Below are positions 31,322 to 42,215 of a stretch of DNA of 64,000 nt, one piece after another. Source of the DNA: Alphaproteobacteria bacterium (GTDB taxonomy: Bacteria > Pseudomonadota > Alphaproteobacteria > MPNO01 > UBA830); assembly GCA_964291215.2 (NCBI GenBank), contig OZ219790.1:2432001-2496000 (forward strand), in the 5' to 3' direction. Below the pieces are notes generated by a model that was given only the letters and a program-made list of their open reading frames with translations, was not told the origin of the DNA and did not search any database. The first letter of the stretch is position 1. Every line of letters starts with the position of its first letter. Made by a program: the position numbers and the translations under genes.

Positions 31322-31615
31322 TCACACCTCCTCCACGTCTACGGCGTCATACTCCGCATGCGTACCCACGAAGCGGATGTAGACGACGCGGTACCGATAA
31401 TTGATCTTCACGACGAGCCGGTAGTTGTTGCCCTTGATGTTGAAGACCGCGCGGTTGCCGCCAACAATGCTCGCGCTGGCGTACACCTCCTTCAGGCTGG
31501 CTGGTGTATCCCAATCCGCTTGCTTCACTTCCCGGTACCAAGCGAGAAGTGGCTGTTTGGCATTCGGGTGACGCCGCCAGAACTCCCGGAGCGTCTTCTT
31601 GGCGATGATCCGCAT
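31322..31615 (-). CDS. higB: HigB-family toxin
   Basis: MRIIAKKTLREFW, VFNIKGNNYRL, FVGTHAEYD. Confidence 0.92.
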   Translation of the reverse strand: MRIIAKKTLREFWRRHPNAKQPLLAWYREVKQADWDTPASLKEVYASASIVGGNRAVFNIKGNNYRLVVKINYRYRVVYIRFVGTHAEYDAVDVEEV

Positions 31616-31619
31616 AAGC

Positions 31620-31671
31620 TATATGAACCGTTCCTATTTTTATGTCAAGTGCATTGCTCCCATATCAGGAA
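31620..31671 (-). promoter_or_regulatory. Putative higBA promoter/operator
   Basis: TTGACA on the minus strand at 31648-31643 and an imperfect palindrome CTCCCATATCAGGAA at 31657-31671. Confidence 0.45.
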
Positions 31672-31839
31672 TATTTCTTTGTTACGACACAATCTCCCGA
31701 TGTCAAGCAAACTGGCTCGGCCAGATCCGCCCTCCGTCGAGACCGGTTGTGCATCCGGCAGCAGACCTATTCGCAACGCGATGGACTGTCGGTTTCGGAG
31801 GAGTATCGTCGCCAGCTGAGGTGCTGCCGCGCTGGCGCA

Positions 31840-31987
31840 AAGGCATCGAAATGGAAGTGCGCAACCCGGTGCACCGGGACCTGATGCTGTTCGCGCTCTA
31901 ACCGGCATGCGCCGGGGCGAGGTCGTCTCGCTGCGCCGGAGCGGGTGGACCTCGAAGCGGGACTGTTCCGGGTCAAGGAGACCAAGT
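31840..31987 (+). pseudogene. Tyrosine integrase fragment
   Basis: RDLMLFAL (frameshift) TGMRRGEVVSLRRERVDL...ETK. Confidence 0.7.
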
Positions 31988-32079
31988 GCAAAATATGACC
32001 GGATTTGACGGCGATTCTGGGAATAATTTACGGGATTTATGTCGGCATTTGGCGGTTCTTGCGGCGTGATTTGACAATA

Positions 32080-34293
32080 GTAAGCGTTTGTTCGTGCGGT
32101 GAGGTGTTGTTTTTTTCGTCTGTTTGACAGGCTTTTGTCAGGGAGTTCCAGCGTCACCCGGAGCGGTTTCGTGCGCCGGGATGCGCGGTGAGGGGCACTG
32201 GCGCCATGCCGTGTTTTCCGCATTGGTTGCGGTTTTGTCCCGGCGCTGCGGAGGAGGAGCTGAGCGCCATCCCGTGCCGGTTGCAGGGGTCTGAGGGTCC
32301 ACTCCTTGCGGAGCGGGCCAGATGTCTTTCTTCGGCTTCTGTCATGTCGGTCGTAGCGGCCGCTGGTTGTTCCGACGCGGATCCGGCAGACGCCGCGGCG
32401 CGGGACCAGGGCCTCGCAGGGCACGGGCGTGGTGTTGCAGCGCGCGCTCCATGCGGCGGTCGAGAAGCAGCGGCTCGCCGCATGGTAGCGCATCTGCGGC
32501 GCCGAGGCGCGTGTATCCGAGGGAGTGTCAGCGGGCGGAGCTCGTCGAGGGTCTTCGGGGCGGCAGTGTGATCAGCTTCGGGGCTGGCGGCGGCAGAAGG
32601 CGCGGGCGATGGAGTCCGCTCCGTGATCGTCGCAGCACTGCGCGACCATGAAGTCGCGCCCTCGACCTCACGGCGGCGCTGCGAATCTCCGCCGCCTCTC
32701 CGGGCTCACGGCAACCAGGGCGACAGATCGCCGGGCCACCGTTCTCCGCGCAGGCGCCAGCGCAGAACGTCGAGGCCGCTCCTCGCGACCGTGCCGTGTA
32801 CATGACAGCCGTCCATGCTGTCGGAGCCGAAGCCGGGCTTCCGCCCGTTGGCCGGACCCCTGACAGCCCTTTCCCCGAAATTGTTGTCCATGGTCGACGA
32901 ACACGCGATGGTTGAGCGCAGCGGCCTGCCTTCCGGCGCCGCTTTCGGAAGCCTCGGCGCTTCCGCAAACAGCGACCGCAGTCTCCGGCGCCGCCTCGAA
33001 CGTCGCCGGAAGCAAGGCAGTCGAGCCGTGTTCAGGCGGCAGATCTCCGCGATCGATCCATTCCCACCCCTCCAGCTGCGGCCGGCGCAGTCCGGAAAGT
33101 CGCGCCGACAATGCGCCCGACAACAGCACAGGATGATGAAGGGCCACAGGCGCGCCAGCTTCTTGCAGGCGCCGTAGCGGTCGCAGACCGGATACATGGG
33201 GCCGACGACATCCGCGAATAGCTTTGCCGCGACCTCGGCGCTGCGCGAGGGAGAGAACCGCGTCACGGCCGACCGATGTCCGGAGCCAGGCGCGACTTCC
33301 GGACCTCCCTCAGGGCCCGGATGCATCGGCATGGCGCAGACCCCGGTGCGCGAGGATCGTGTCCCGAAGCGGCTCGAACAGGGGCAGCATCCAGCTCGCT
33401 GGCCAGCGTTCCCGGGAGACCGCCCCTGGACGCGGCGCAAGGGCCGCATGCACGCGCTCGTGCAGCACATGCGTCCACACCCGAATGCGGTGCCGGCCGC
33501 CACCTCGCTCGGTGAACCGGGGCAGTCACAGCCCCGGCGGACAATCCGCCGCTTTTGATCTCGATGATCCTGGTGCGAACCGTTGGCAACGCAGCACGAG
33601 CAGGCGTCCTCCGCCACCTCCAGCCGCTCCTCCACCTCCTCGAGCGCCGGCCGCGGCCAGGAGTGCCGCGCTGCTGGCCGCGCTTCGATGGCGCCCGCTG
33701 CCTCTTCTCGCTCTTGCGCCCGTACGACCTGTTCGAACGAAGCTTGTCGTTCTCCGCCCCGACCCTTCAGAACCTTCATCGCGGTCTTCAGGCCGGCATT
33801 CTCCATGCGCAGCGACACCACCGCCGACCGCTTCCGCGCGCCGGCCTCGGCAAGAAACTGGCCCGGACGCGCAACCTCCTGCTTCAGCGCAAGAGACTGC
33901 TTCGCCGTCCGTCGAACTTCCCTGATCTCCGCACGGGCAGCTGACAGCTTCTCGCGATTGCTCTCGAAAATCGCCTTCAGGGAATTCGCGCGGCCCTCCA
34001 CCTCCTGCAAGCGCAGCTCCTCGCAGCGACCCTCCGCAGCCGCCGTGCGGGCTTCCGCCGCCTCGGCTCGAATACGCTCGCGATCGTACAGGGACTTCCA
34101 GGTGGCCGAATCACGACACGACGACTGCGGCATGTCGCCAGCGGCGTCCGCACCCGATGATGACACGAAATCCTCGATGCACATGACCATGCACGACCTG
34201 ATGGCACCGCCAAAAAAATTTACAGCCCCCTTCTCCGAATCACCAAACCAAACCTCAGCGCAGATCGTCATCACCGCACGAACAAACGCTTAC
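32080..34293 (-). mobile_element. IS66-family element, degraded, possibly with nested debris
   Basis: Perfect 23-bp inverted ends GTAAGCGTTTGTTCGTGCGGTGA; motifs CDRY, C.AH.RR.F, DNN..ER..R; no matching target duplication. Confidence 0.8.
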
Positions 34294-35220
34294 CCGCAAC
34301 ATTCGCGTCGAAAGGGTGACGCCGAGCACGATCAGAGCAGTGCCGAGGAGATGGAACAGTCCGACCGTCTCGCCGAGAAGCGGAATCGCGAACGCGGCTG
34401 CGAAGGCCGGCACGAGATACATGTAGAAACCCGCGCGGTTCGGCCCGAGGCGGGTGATGGCATTGTTCCAGCAGATGATGGCGACGACCGAGGGAAAGAT
34501 CGCGACGAACACCAGCGAGACGATGGCGGCCACGCTGGGTTGCGGAATCTGCCCGGTCGCGATCTCGCTCGCGAAGAACGGCAGGTGATAGAGGGCGCCG
34601 AAGGCGCAAATGATGGTGATGAGGGAAAGCGGATTGAGCTCCTTTGGGACCTTGTTGATGATCACCCCGTAGGTGGCCAGCCCGAGGTTGCAGCCAATGA
34701 GGATCGCGTCGCCGAGATTGAAGTTCAGGTTGAGCAGGACTTCCGGGTCGCCCTTCGAGATGATGTAGAACACCCCTGCAATCGCGATCACGGCGCCGAC
34801 GCACTGGATCACGGTCGCGCGGGTGCCGAGAATGGCCCATGACAGGAGAACGATGAGGACCGGAAGTGATGTCTGGATGAGGCTGCCATTGATGGCGGTC
34901 GTGTAGTTGAGGGCCACATAGGTCACGCCGGCGCCGACGAACGGCATCACGAAACCGGCGAACGCCAGCAGCTTCAGATTCTCGCGGAAGATCCTGCCTT
35001 CGTTGCGCAGATACCGCCACGCGAACGGCAGGATGATGAGCGTGCCGATAGTCCAGCGGGTGAAGCCGAGAGTATAGGCCGGTACTTCGCCCACCGCCCA
35101 TCTTCCGACCACGTAGTTCAGCCCGAAGATGAGGCCGGCGAACACCATCATGGCGTGCGCCGCCGCGTCGCCGCCCATTACCCCTTCGCGGGCGGGGGCG
35201 TCCGCACCGGTATCGGTCAT
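34255..35220 (-). CDS. DMT/EamA-family transporter
   Basis: About ten hydrophobic segments in two EamA repeats; last 12 codons come from the IS66 end. Confidence 0.88.
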   Translation of the reverse strand: MTDTGADAPAREGVMGGDAAAHAMMVFAGLIFGLNYVVGRWAVGEVPAYTLGFTRWTIGTLIILPFAWRYLRNEGRIFRENLKLLAFAGFVMPFVGAGVTYVALNYTTAINGSLIQTSLPVLIVLLSWAILGTRATVIQCVGAVIAIAGVFYIISKGDPEVLLNLNFNLGDAILIGCNLGLATYGVIINKVPKELNPLSLITIICAFGALYHLPFFASEIATGQIPQPSVAAIVSLVFVAIFPSVVAIICWNNAITRLGPNRAGFYMYLVPAFAAAFAIPLLGETVGLFHLLGTALIVLGVTLSTRMLRVSVCSCGDDDLR

Positions 35221-35308
35221 GAACGAAAGCGGCCGGCCAGTGAAACGGCCGGTCCGCCCCGGAACGGCCGGAAGCCGAAGAGCGGGCCGGGGGCCGGAGC
35301 CTGCCGCA

Positions 35309-36142
35309 CTAGGCGTTCTGCCGGAACTTCGGATTCGTGTATTGGGCGTTGTGCTCGATCATCATCTCAATCAGCTTGGGCATCGAGTCCTTGGTCGGCT
35401 CTGGATCCCTGTCCCAGTGATCATACTTGTCGACGCCGCGCACGAGATGCGCGGGCCGGCGTTCGAGGGTCGACTTGACATGGGGTGGGATCAGGAAAAA
35501 CGAGTAGCCGATCCGCACCTCGTCCGTGAAGTTCGGCGAGGATGCGTGTGCGGTCCGTTCGTTGTGCATCGAGAACTGGCCCTGCTCCAGTTCCATGTGG
35601 ACTGCCTTGGATTCGTCGAGCCCCTTGATGGTCTGGCCGCGGCCGAGCAGGTTCTTCTTCTCGCCCGGAGCGTCCCCGGGCGCATTCTCGTGGCTTTCCT
35701 CGTGATGATAACCTTCGCGGTGCGAGCGCGGCATCACGCGCATGCAGCCGTTTTCCTTGGTTGCCGGCGTAAGCGCCACCCAGCAGGTCACCATGTCGTG
35801 CGGATCGCATCCGAAATACGTGGAATCCTGATGCCACGAGACGAAGGAACCGTCACCGGCGGGCTTGACCCAGAAGCGTGAGCCGAAGGCGAGGATATTC
35901 GGTCCGATGATGTCCTCGGCAGAATCCAGGATCGCCGGCTCGTGGATGAAATCCCACGTCTCCTCCATCGTGAGGTGACCCTTGAGCTTGAAGAGGCCCG
36001 GATTGACGCCGTATTCCTCCTCGAAGCGCTGCACCCCGTCGAGCAGCTTCTGGCAGCGTTCCTTCGATATTCCGTCGAACGGAAAGGCATATCCTTCGCT
36101 GTGATAATGCTCGACCTGTTCTTCGGTCAACACTTTCGGCAT
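35309..36142 (-). CDS. Phytanoyl-CoA dioxygenase (PhyH)-family 2OG-Fe(II) oxygenase
   Basis: WHQD, W.AL..AT.ENGC, H.S..N...R. Confidence 0.9.
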   Translation of the reverse strand: MPKVLTEEQVEHYHSEGYAFPFDGISKERCQKLLDGVQRFEEEYGVNPGLFKLKGHLTMEETWDFIHEPAILDSAEDIIGPNILAFGSRFWVKPAGDGSFVSWHQDSTYFGCDPHDMVTCWVALTPATKENGCMRVMPRSHREGYHHEESHENAPGDAPGEKKNLLGRGQTIKGLDESKAVHMELEQGQFSMHNERTAHASSPNFTDEVRIGYSFFLIPPHVKSTLERRPAHLVRGVDKYDHWDRDPEPTKDSMPKLIEMMIEHNAQYTNPKFRQNA

Positions 36143-36467
36143 CGTGTGTTCTCCCCGCAGTTTGACGGTCTCCGATCGACTGTCAGATCACAGTCCCCGT
36201 CATCATGTGCCAGCACATCGTGGATTTCAAGCCCGTTTCGCGACGGAGACCGCGTGCGGCCGGCGGTCCCTGTTCCCGCCTGCGCATCCTGGCGCCCCGG
36301 GCGGCAGGCCCCGACCGGGATTTGCGATTACTCGCAGGGCTATGGCAATCTACAGGTATCTTCCTGCGGTGGCAGGAGAAATCGAGGCAACTTTCGGCGG
36401 GGGATTTCCGCAACGAGGACGGACAACTCCACCCCTACCGAGAAACCCGGAACAACGGAGAAGACCG

Positions 36468-37505
36468 ATGCTTGTACGCAGTTCACTGGCCGTAGCCGGC
36501 TCCCTGGCCGTGCTGGCCATGCTTGCCGTAACGCCTGCGGCGGCGCAGAAGACCTACACCCTGAAGCTTGCCAACTTCACTCCGAAGCCGGCCTCGACCT
36601 CGCGCTGGTTCGAGGCCAAGAACAAGGAACTTGCCGAGAAGTCCGGCGGCAAGCTCAAGCTGGAGATCTTCTACGGCGCGTCGATGGGGCCGATGCCCAG
36701 GCACTACGACCTCGCACGCAAGGGCGTTGCCGATCTCTCGTTCTTCCAGCACGGAACGACGCCGGGCCGTTTCCCGCTCACCGAGCTCACCCACGCCCCC
36801 TACCTGTTCCCGGCCGGGTTCAAGGGTGCGCTGGTCGGCGCCAAGGTCGCCCATGACCTGAATCCGGAGTATTTCGCGCCCGAGCACAAGGGAACCCGGC
36901 AGATCTGGGTTGTCTTCAACCGGCCGTCGGGAGTCTACGACTCGGCCAGGCCGATCAGGACCGTCGCGGATCTCAAGGGCCGGCGTTACCGCGCCCCGAC
37001 CCCGACCGATGTCGCCATGATGAAGTCGCTGGGTGCGTTGCCGATCGGCCTGCCGGCGCCGCTTATGGCGGAATCGCTGCAGAAGAAGACCATTGACGGC
37101 GTCGTCACCGATGCGCTGGGCGTTTTCGCGTTCAAGCTCGGCGGCCTTGTGAAGTACTATTCAAACATGTTCGTCTCGGTCATCAGCTTCGGCCTCGCCA
37201 TCAACGAGAAGGCCTACAACAATCTGCCGGCAGACTACAGGAAGCTCGTCGACGGGCTCGGCTCCAGGGCCAATGTCGAGCAGATGGCGACGATGGGCTG
37301 GGCGGACTTCCCGGTCTATCTCGATTACATGAAGAAACAGAACATCGAGACCGTCAGTCTGGACAAAGCCGCCGACATGGAGATGCGCGCGGCATCCGAC
37401 CGGATCATGGCCGTCAAGATCGCCGAACTCGAAAAGAAGGGCCTTCCGGCGAAGAAGGCCTTTGCCAGGATGAAGGAACTGTCGGCGAAGTATTCCGGCA
37501 TGTAG
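36468..37505 (+). CDS. dctP: TRAP transporter substrate-binding protein
   Basis: Signal peptide, DLKGRRYR, followed by dctQ and dctM. Confidence 0.88.
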   Translation: MLVRSSLAVAGSLAVLAMLAVTPAAAQKTYTLKLANFTPKPASTSRWFEAKNKELAEKSGGKLKLEIFYGASMGPMPRHYDLARKGVADLSFFQHGTTPGRFPLTELTHAPYLFPAGFKGALVGAKVAHDLNPEYFAPEHKGTRQIWVVFNRPSGVYDSARPIRTVADLKGRRYRAPTPTDVAMMKSLGALPIGLPAPLMAESLQKKTIDGVVTDALGVFAFKLGGLVKYYSNMFVSVISFGLAINEKAYNNLPADYRKLVDGLGSRANVEQMATMGWADFPVYLDYMKKQNIETVSLDKAADMEMRAASDRIMAVKIAELEKKGLPAKKAFARMKELSAKYSGM

Positions 37506-37518
37506 CGCGGACCGGACG

Positions 37519-38007
37519 ATGTCCGCCGCAGCGGCGGTGGCGCGGTTTCTCACCAGCGTCGCCGCCGTCTTCCTTCTCGCCATGGTCGGCATCAACGTCG
37601 TCGATGTCGTCCTGAGGTCGGGCTTCAACGCCCCCATCTTCGGCACCTACGAGATTGTCGAGCTGTTTCTCGCCGCGGTCGCCTTCCTCGCCATACCCGA
37701 GGCATTTTTCCGGGGCCAACACATCACCATCGAGCTCATCGACCAGATCGTGCCGCTCCGCGCCGCCACGTTCCTCCGGGCCACCGGCATCGCCGCGTGC
37801 GTGATCTTTCTCGGCCTGCTGGCGTACCACATGATTCAGCCCGCCATTGACTTCGTGGAGTTCGAGGAGGTCACGCCCGACCTCCAGTATCCGATGATCT
37901 GGAAGGCGGGTTTCGTGCTCGCCGGCGTCATCTTCTCCTTCCTTGCCGTGATAGTGATTTTCCTCCGCGAGATTCGCCGCTCCGCGAAGCCGTCCGGCGG
38001 CGCATGA
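37519..38007 (+). CDS. dctQ: TRAP transporter small permease
   Basis: Four TM segments, DV..R, HI motif. Confidence 0.88.
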   Translation: MSAAAAVARFLTSVAAVFLLAMVGINVVDVVLRSGFNAPIFGTYEIVELFLAAVAFLAIPEAFFRGQHITIELIDQIVPLRAATFLRATGIAACVIFLGLLAYHMIQPAIDFVEFEEVTPDLQYPMIWKAGFVLAGVIFSFLAVIVIFLREIRRSAKPSGGA

Positions 38008-39305
38008 CCACCCAGCTCATAGGCTTGTTCGGCATCGCCGGGCTGGTACTGCTGACATTCCTGCGCGTCCCGCTCGGGGCGGCCATGGGGCTCACCGGCC
38101 TGATCGGATATGCGGCCATCGACGGCTGGGAAAAGGCCTTCATCGTCTTCGGCGACACCCCCTACACGCTCTCGCAATACGCGTTCTCGGTGCTGCCGCT
38201 GTTCATCTTCATGGGGAGCATCGCCACCCGGGCGGGCATGTCGCAGGAGCTGTTCGTCGCGGCGAACGCCATATTCGCCGGGCGGCGCGGCGCGCTTCCG
38301 ATGGCCACCATCGGCGCATGCGCCGGATTCGCCGCCATCAGCGGCTCTTCTGTCGCGACCGCTGCCACGTTCTCCCAGATCGCCGTTCCCGAGATGCGCC
38401 GCTACGGCTACGACGAACGGCTTGCGACCGGATCGGTGGCCGCTGGCGGAACGCTCGGAATCCTCATCCCGCCCTCGGTCATCATGGTCATCTACGCGCT
38501 CGCCGCCGAGGAATCGGTTCCCGCGCTGTTCGCCGCCGGCATGGTCCCCGGGGTGCTGCTCACGCTCCTGTTCGTCGCCGTCGTCTGGGTGATAGCCCGC
38601 CTGCGCCCGGAATGGGCTCCGGCCGGCGCGCGCATGTCGTGGTGGGAACGGCTCGTCGCAGCCACCGCGATGTGGAAGCTGATCGTGCTCTTCGGGCTCG
38701 CCGTCGGAGGCATCTATACCGGCTGGTTCAGCCCCACCGAGGCGGCCGGCATCGCCTCGTTCGCCGCCCTCGTCATCGCGGTCGCCTCGCCCCGTTTCGG
38801 CTGGTCCGAGTTCTTCGACTGCCTGGCGGACACGCTCAGGACGACGGCGATGCTCATGTTCATCATCGCCGGTGCCTGGATATTCGCGTATTTCGTGGTC
38901 CAGACCCGACTGCCGACGGCTCTGATCCAGCTGATCGAGGCGATGGCCCTTGCACCGTGGGCGGTCATCGTGATGATCTTGGCCTTCTACATCCTTCTCG
39001 GCTGCGTCCTCGAATCCGTGGCCATAATCCTGGTGACGGTTCCGGTCTTCCTGCCGATCATCCTTGCCCTCGGCTACGACCCTGTCTGGTACGGCGTGCT
39101 GATGGTCGTGGTTGTCGAGGTCGGGCTCATCACGCCGCCCGTCGGACTGAACATCTTCGTCATCAGGGCGCAACTCGAGGATATAGAACTCGGCACGATC
39201 TTCCGTGGAATCGGACCGTTCCTGATCGCCGACGCCGTGCTTATCCTGCTGCTGATGCTGTTTCCCGGGCTGGCGCTCTGGCTGCCGGGACTACTCTTCC
39301 CATAA
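38004..39305 (+). CDS. dctM: TRAP transporter large permease
   Basis: SGSSVAT, GTLGILIPPS, TPPVG. Confidence 0.93.
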   Translation: MTTQLIGLFGIAGLVLLTFLRVPLGAAMGLTGLIGYAAIDGWEKAFIVFGDTPYTLSQYAFSVLPLFIFMGSIATRAGMSQELFVAANAIFAGRRGALPMATIGACAGFAAISGSSVATAATFSQIAVPEMRRYGYDERLATGSVAAGGTLGILIPPSVIMVIYALAAEESVPALFAAGMVPGVLLTLLFVAVVWVIARLRPEWAPAGARMSWWERLVAATAMWKLIVLFGLAVGGIYTGWFSPTEAAGIASFAALVIAVASPRFGWSEFFDCLADTLRTTAMLMFIIAGAWIFAYFVVQTRLPTALIQLIEAMALAPWAVIVMILAFYILLGCVLESVAIILVTVPVFLPIILALGYDPVWYGVLMVVVVEVGLITPPVGLNIFVIRAQLEDIELGTIFRGIGPFLIADAVLILLLMLFPGLALWLPGLLFP

Positions 39306-39458
39306 CCCCGGGAGCGGCCACGCCGCAGAACCGTCTCGGCGCGAACCCGGCGCCGAAGCTCACGGATGCCGGGTTCGCGGAATTCGGCGAAGGGTGTACA
39401 AAGGCGCAACGGATCCCGTCGGGGAGCCCGGAAAACAGATACAGAAGGGACAACCGTC

Positions 39459-40163
39459 ATGGCCGAGACCAGAGTTGCGATCATCACCGCGGGCGGGCGC
39501 GGAATCGGAGCGGGATGCGCCCGTGCGCTCGCCGTGCGCGGATACGAAGTCGTGCTGATGTCGTCCGGCGGTTCAGCGGAAGCACTGGCGGAGGAGCTCG
39601 GCGGGACGGGGGTAAACGGCTCGGTCGCCGACGCCGGCGATCTGGAGCAACTCGTGGAGACCGCGATGGAGAAGCACGGACGCATTGATGCGGTCATCAA
39701 CAACAGCGGATTCCCGCCGAAGGGACAGCTTCTCGAAATTCCCGACCAGGACTGGCTCGCCGGCCTCGACATGGTGCTGCTCAACGTCATCCGCATGGCG
39801 CGGCTGACGACGCCGATCATGATCGACCAGAAGCAGGGCGCGTTCGTCAACATCTCGACCTTCGCCGCCCTCGAGCCGAGCCTTGTCTATCCGGTCTCGT
39901 CGACATTCCGCGCCGGAGTGGCCGCCTTCGCCAAGCTGTTCGCCGACGAGTACGGGCCCCACGGCATCCGCATGAACAACATCCTTCCCGGCTTCATCGA
40001 CACCCACGGCTCCGACGACGATGTCGCCGGCACGATCCCGGCACGCCGTTTCGGCCTGCCGTCGGAGATCGGCGAGACAGCGGCCTTCCTGCTGTCCGAC
40101 GAGGGCATGTACATCACCGGACAGAACATCCGCGTCGACGGCGGCCTGTCGCGATCCATCTGA
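39459..40163 (+). CDS. Short-chain dehydrogenase/reductase
   Basis: TAGGRGIG, NNSG, ITGQNIRVDGG. Confidence 0.9.
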   Translation: MAETRVAIITAGGRGIGAGCARALAVRGYEVVLMSSGGSAEALAEELGGTGVNGSVADAGDLEQLVETAMEKHGRIDAVINNSGFPPKGQLLEIPDQDWLAGLDMVLLNVIRMARLTTPIMIDQKQGAFVNISTFAALEPSLVYPVSSTFRAGVAAFAKLFADEYGPHGIRMNNILPGFIDTHGSDDDVAGTIPARRFGLPSEIGETAAFLLSDEGMYITGQNIRVDGGLSRSI

Positions 40164-40215
40164 GGGGCTCGGCCGGAACCGAACGCCCCGGCCGGCGCCA
40201 GGGATGCGGCCGCCG

Positions 40216-41930
40216 CTATCTGGCGGTCGGCTTCTCTCCCTCGACGCCTGCCGCCGACAGGCCCACCTGCACGATACGCCGTCCGTCGACGCCGGCGACG
40301 ACCACATACTTGAAGCGCTTGCCGTCGAGTTCGCGCGCCCGGACGCCTTGGACGACCGTGGCCGCCTCGTCGATGAGCAGGCGAGCGAACGGCGCCGACT
40401 GCGGGTTTGCCGCGGCGTCTGTGGCGATACGTGAAGTCCGTTCCCGGCGCATGGGTGAAGACGACCCTGCCGGTCTCGTCGCTGATTCAGAATTCGGCGA
40501 TGACCGTCCGCTTGACGATGTCGGCAAGGACGGCGTTGATCTCGCCGGTGCTCATGTCGGCCTTGAGTGCCGCCGCAACGTAGTAGTCTAACATTATTGT
40601 ATTGAGGGATATAGTGACTTCAGTTTCGTCCGGGCATCCTTCGTCGTGAAACGCCAGTCGACAGTGACATCGGCCGCATTGCGGCGCTCGACCCACGCCA
40701 CGGTCTCCCGCAGCATGGTGTCGCTGTCGGGAATGCGCCGCCGAAGGCATTGCCGCGACAGCGCACCGATCTCGGCCATGTTGAGCCAGCTTCCGTGCTT
40801 CGGCGTATAGCGAAACTCGAACCGCTTTCGTACCCGCCTCCTCGGGCTCGAAGGCTTCATACAGCGACTGTGCGTGTTCAGATTGTCCAGCACGATCTTC
40901 CTGTCGGGGAAATGGACGTCGGCAAGCTCCCGGATGAAGTGCGCCCAGTCCCGCGACGGTCGGTGACTTTCACCGTGCGCCAGTTCTCGTTGGGCGCAAA
41001 GGCCAGGAAGAGGTTGGCCGTGCCGTTGCGCTCATATTCATAGTCGACCACCTCCGGCTGACCGGAGGACGGGGGGTTTCCTTCGTCTGCTGCCGGCTGG
41101 TTTCGCACACCAGCACCTCGTCCCCGGCAAAGTCCCGCTGATAAATGTCAAGCACATCCGCCGCCACGAACTGTGCGCTCCGGTGCGGTGGAATGCACCA
41201 GTTCAGCCACGGCTTGATCTCTTTTTTTTAGCGTCTTCCTGACCGTCTCTTCTGAAATGCGCTCGACAATCTCCACCAGACGGCCGGCGAGCAGCTTCAG
41301 CGGGCACAGCCCTCGGGCGGGGACGAACAGGGCGATCAGCTTCGCCTCCATCGCCCCCGTTTTGGCCGGCGGTTCACCTGCTCCTTGCGGCTGAGGGCGG
41401 CGTCCAGCCCCTCCAGGACGCAGCGCAAGCGCTCAATCGTCGCCGTGCCCAGCCCTTGCGCAATGTCGGCATCGACAAGCGACCCCTCAGCATCAGGATT
41501 TGTGCCCGGCGCCAGGCAGCCCCGGTGCCGTCGACAATCGCCTTCAGATCCCGGCGCTCCTGCGCCGAAAGGGTCACGCGGTAGAGCTTCCTGCCCCGAG
41601 AGTTGGCCATATGCGCCGCTCCTGTCATTGCGCCGAAGACCTGCGGGCATGCCCGTTGTCCGGACCTGCGCATGGGGCTGCGGCTGCCTGCCTGTTCGGC
41701 ATCTGCCCGTGTGGATATCGGCACTGTCCGGATTCCAACGAACGCCGACACGGAAATACTACCCACAAAAAAACCATCAATACAATGCCGGTGGACTAGT
41801 AGTTCACCGCCAGTATCGCTTCAGCCACCATGTGCGCGTTGACGAGTTTCTCGGCTGGGGACGGATCGTCGGCCCGCGCCAGACCGAGGGGAAGGAGACA
41901 GAGGGCGGCGGCTGCCAGCACTGTTCTCAT
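40216..41930 (-). pseudogene. Exported protein gene split by IS630, with nonsense codon and frameshift
   Basis: MRTVLAAAALCLL...AVNY joins VAAALKA...AEF*ISDETGRVV...FKYVVVAGVDGRRIVQVG across the IS. Confidence 0.65.
40584..41798 (-). mobile_element. IS630-family element type A, both ends present, degraded
   Basis: Imperfect TIRs TAGTC..ATTGTATTGA, GTAG on both flanks; DYEYERNG, LDNLNTH, YTPKHGSWLNMAE. Confidence 0.9.
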
Positions 41931-42215
41931 GGTAACGGTTCTCCGGATGGATGTCGGGCAGTCGGATGTCGTGGGAAACACACCGCAAAATCACGGCCCC
42001 GGGAATTTCGGAATCCGTCTGGCGCCGACACCCAACCCCTCCGCCGATCCATCCGGGCCGGTTGCAAAAATCCGTTGCCGCCCAGCGCCCGCGACGATGG
42101 CATGGGCCGGAACCGCTGGCGTCGGTGGCGATTCTGGACACCCGCGTGCGGGACTGTATCATCGACGCATGATGACAGCCTCGCATTCGGCAGCCCGACC
42201 GCACAGCCCTTGGAC

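Noticed and set aside
41385-42215. 517-aa ORF joining IS630 sequence to the SprT-like domain
   Set aside because: The upstream part is antisense IS and pseudogene sequence; the plausible start is ATG 42216.
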